Part shown: positions 62,829 through 64,000 of the stretch, in pieces
Numbering within the stretch: position 1 is the first letter of the stretch
Layout of the letters: the number at the start of each line of letters is the position of its first letter
Source: Gammaproteobacteria bacterium
GTDB taxonomy: Bacteria; Pseudomonadota; Gammaproteobacteria; GCA-001735895
Reading direction: 5' to 3'
Length of the DNA stretch: 64,000 bases
Assembly: GCA_020354435.1 (NCBI GenBank)
Contig: CP070646.1
Location: 2,922,175 to 2,986,174, forward strand
Translations under genes and position numbers: made by a program
Notes under the pieces: generated by a model
What the model was told of the DNA's origin: nothing
The model's database searches: none
Seen by the model: only the letters and a program-made list of their open reading frames with translations

Positions 62829-64000
62829 ATGAAATACGTAACTGCTCAGGATATTTTCAGGCGTGACGGCAGCCGCCGCGGCTTGCCGGCCTGGACTTAC
62901 GACAATTCCGAACTGACCCGGCTCGAGATCGAGCAGGTTTTTTTGCGTAACTGGCTGTTCGTCGCGCATGTCGTCGATCTACCGAGAAGCGGCGACTACC
63001 AGTGTTTCAGCATGGGTGACGAGCGCGCTGTTATCGTACGCGGCAGCGACGGCGAAATTCGCGCCTTCTACAATAATTGCCGGCATCGCGCATCGCGCGT
63101 CGTGCCGGAGGAAAAAGGCCACTGCGGCAAGGCTTTCATTTGCCCGTTTCACGGCTGGTCCTACAATCTCGATGGCAGCCTGAAAAACATCCCGAAATCG
63201 GACACTTTCCCGCAGCTCGACAGGGCCCAGTACGGACTCAAGCCGCTCGATTGTGAAGTCTGGCACGGCCTGATTTTTGTTCGCTTCGGCGGCGACGGCC
63301 CGTCGGTGGCGCAAATGCTGGCCGAGGCGGAGGAAGAGATCGGTTTCTATCGAATCGAGGATATGCAAAGGCTCGGCGATAGTTACGATTTCAGGTTCGA
63401 ACTGGACTGGAAGGCCGTGGTCGACGTCGACAACGAGGGCTATCACGTGCCGATCGGTCATCCCGAACTGTTCGACCTGATGGGGAGTACCTATACCGAC
63501 CAGCGCACCGAGGGCGGCCTCAGTCGTTCTCAGGGCAGTTTCAGGGATCGCAAATTTCGCTTCGAACGTAACCGCGAGTATGTCGAATCCCTGCCGGACG
63601 ACAGCTACCTGCCCGAGTCGCACCGCCACCTCTGGATTTACTGGGGTATGTTCCCGACCTTCGTGCTGACCCTGTTTCCGGACCAGATCGAAATCTACCA
63701 GTTTTTCCCGACCGGGCCGCAACAGAGCATCATGCAGGGCGTCTGTTATGCACTAGCGGACGATCGTCCGCAAATGCACAGGGCACGCGAGCTCAACCAG
63801 GCGATCAATATGGGGGTCGGCAACGAGGACATCCAGTTGATCGCATGGGTCGCCGAAGGCATGCGTTCGAGCACATACGACGGCCTCATGCTTTCGGATC
63901 TCGAACTCGGTGTTGCGTCGTTTCACAATGCCTTGCGCGATGTGCTGCCGGTGCTCGATCTGGCTCAATCGCCGGAGCCGGGCACGCTCGAACAGGTTAA
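62829..64000 (+). CDS. Rieske [2Fe-2S] non-heme-iron oxygenase alpha subunit; the CDS continues past the window end
   Basis: CRHRASRV…CPFHGW Rieske motif. There is no stop codon within the window, so it is absent from the ORF track. Confidence 0.75.
   Translation, partial: MKYVTAQDIFRRDGSRRGLPAWTYDNSELTRLEIEQVFLRNWLFVAHVVDLPRSGDYQCFSMGDERAVIVRGSDGEIRAFYNNCRHRASRVVPEEKGHCGKAFICPFHGWSYNLDGSLKNIPKSDTFPQLDRAQYGLKPLDCEVWHGLIFVRFGGDGPSVAQMLAEAEEEIGFYRIEDMQRLGDSYDFRFELDWKAVVDVDNEGYHVPIGHPELFDLMGSTYTDQRTEGGLSRSQGSFRDRKFRFERNREYVESLPDDSYLPESHRHLWIYWGMFPTFVLTLFPDQIEIYQFFPTGPQQSIMQGVCYALADDRPQMHRARELNQAINMGVGNEDIQLIAWVAEGMRSSTYDGLMLSDLELGVASFHNALRDVLPVLDLAQSPEPGTLEQV

Overview
This 64-kb window looks like chromosomal DNA from a high-GC (~60%) gammaproteobacterium. 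It is mostly conserved housekeeping genes (aroE, hemB, rpmE2, hemW-rdgB-rph, yicC, radC, coaBC, argB, pyrE, xthA, ampG, hemL, ubiX, mpl, glyQS-gmhB-plsC, yheS, comM/yifB, ubiK, glnK-amtB, ycgL). There is also an RND efflux pump operon, a polyamine (putrescine) uptake and catabolism cluster (potFGHI, a glutamine-synthetase-like gene, a SpuC-like transaminase, a FAD-dependent oxidase, a DDAH-like hydrolase), and the start of a TetR/transaminase/Rieske-oxygenase cluster. I found no CRISPR array, cas genes, integrase or transposase. The features the annotated genes do not explain are mostly non-coding:
- Two dispersed palindromic repeat families. A TGTCATCCCCGCGCAAGCGGGGATCT element that resembles the type I-E CRISPR repeat occurs 5 times, all in the same orientation, including a 2-unit mini-array. 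A CGGGGACAGTTTACT element forms nested hairpins at two loci.
- A MITE-like element with 26-bp inverted repeats downstream of hemL.
- A tandem pair of ~144-bp units next to tRNA-Arg(CCG). Their stems differ at 7 of 14 positions, and every change is compensated on the opposite arm. This is a strong candidate for a structured RNA or DNA element.
- An AT-rich island carrying perfect inverted DnaA boxes.
- Two otherwise intact genes that each carry an in-frame TAG: a PstS-like gene that also has a homopolymer frameshift, and an InaA-family kinase.
- A Ser/Thr kinase fused to a cyclic-nucleotide-binding domain, inserted between mpl and ubiX.
- A secreted Met/Asn/Pro-rich repeat protein.
- Several recurring candidate operator motifs.
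Coordinates taken from the supplied ORF track are exact. Coordinates I read directly from the sequence (tRNA, repeats, terminators, small unlisted ORFs) are accurate to within a few bases.
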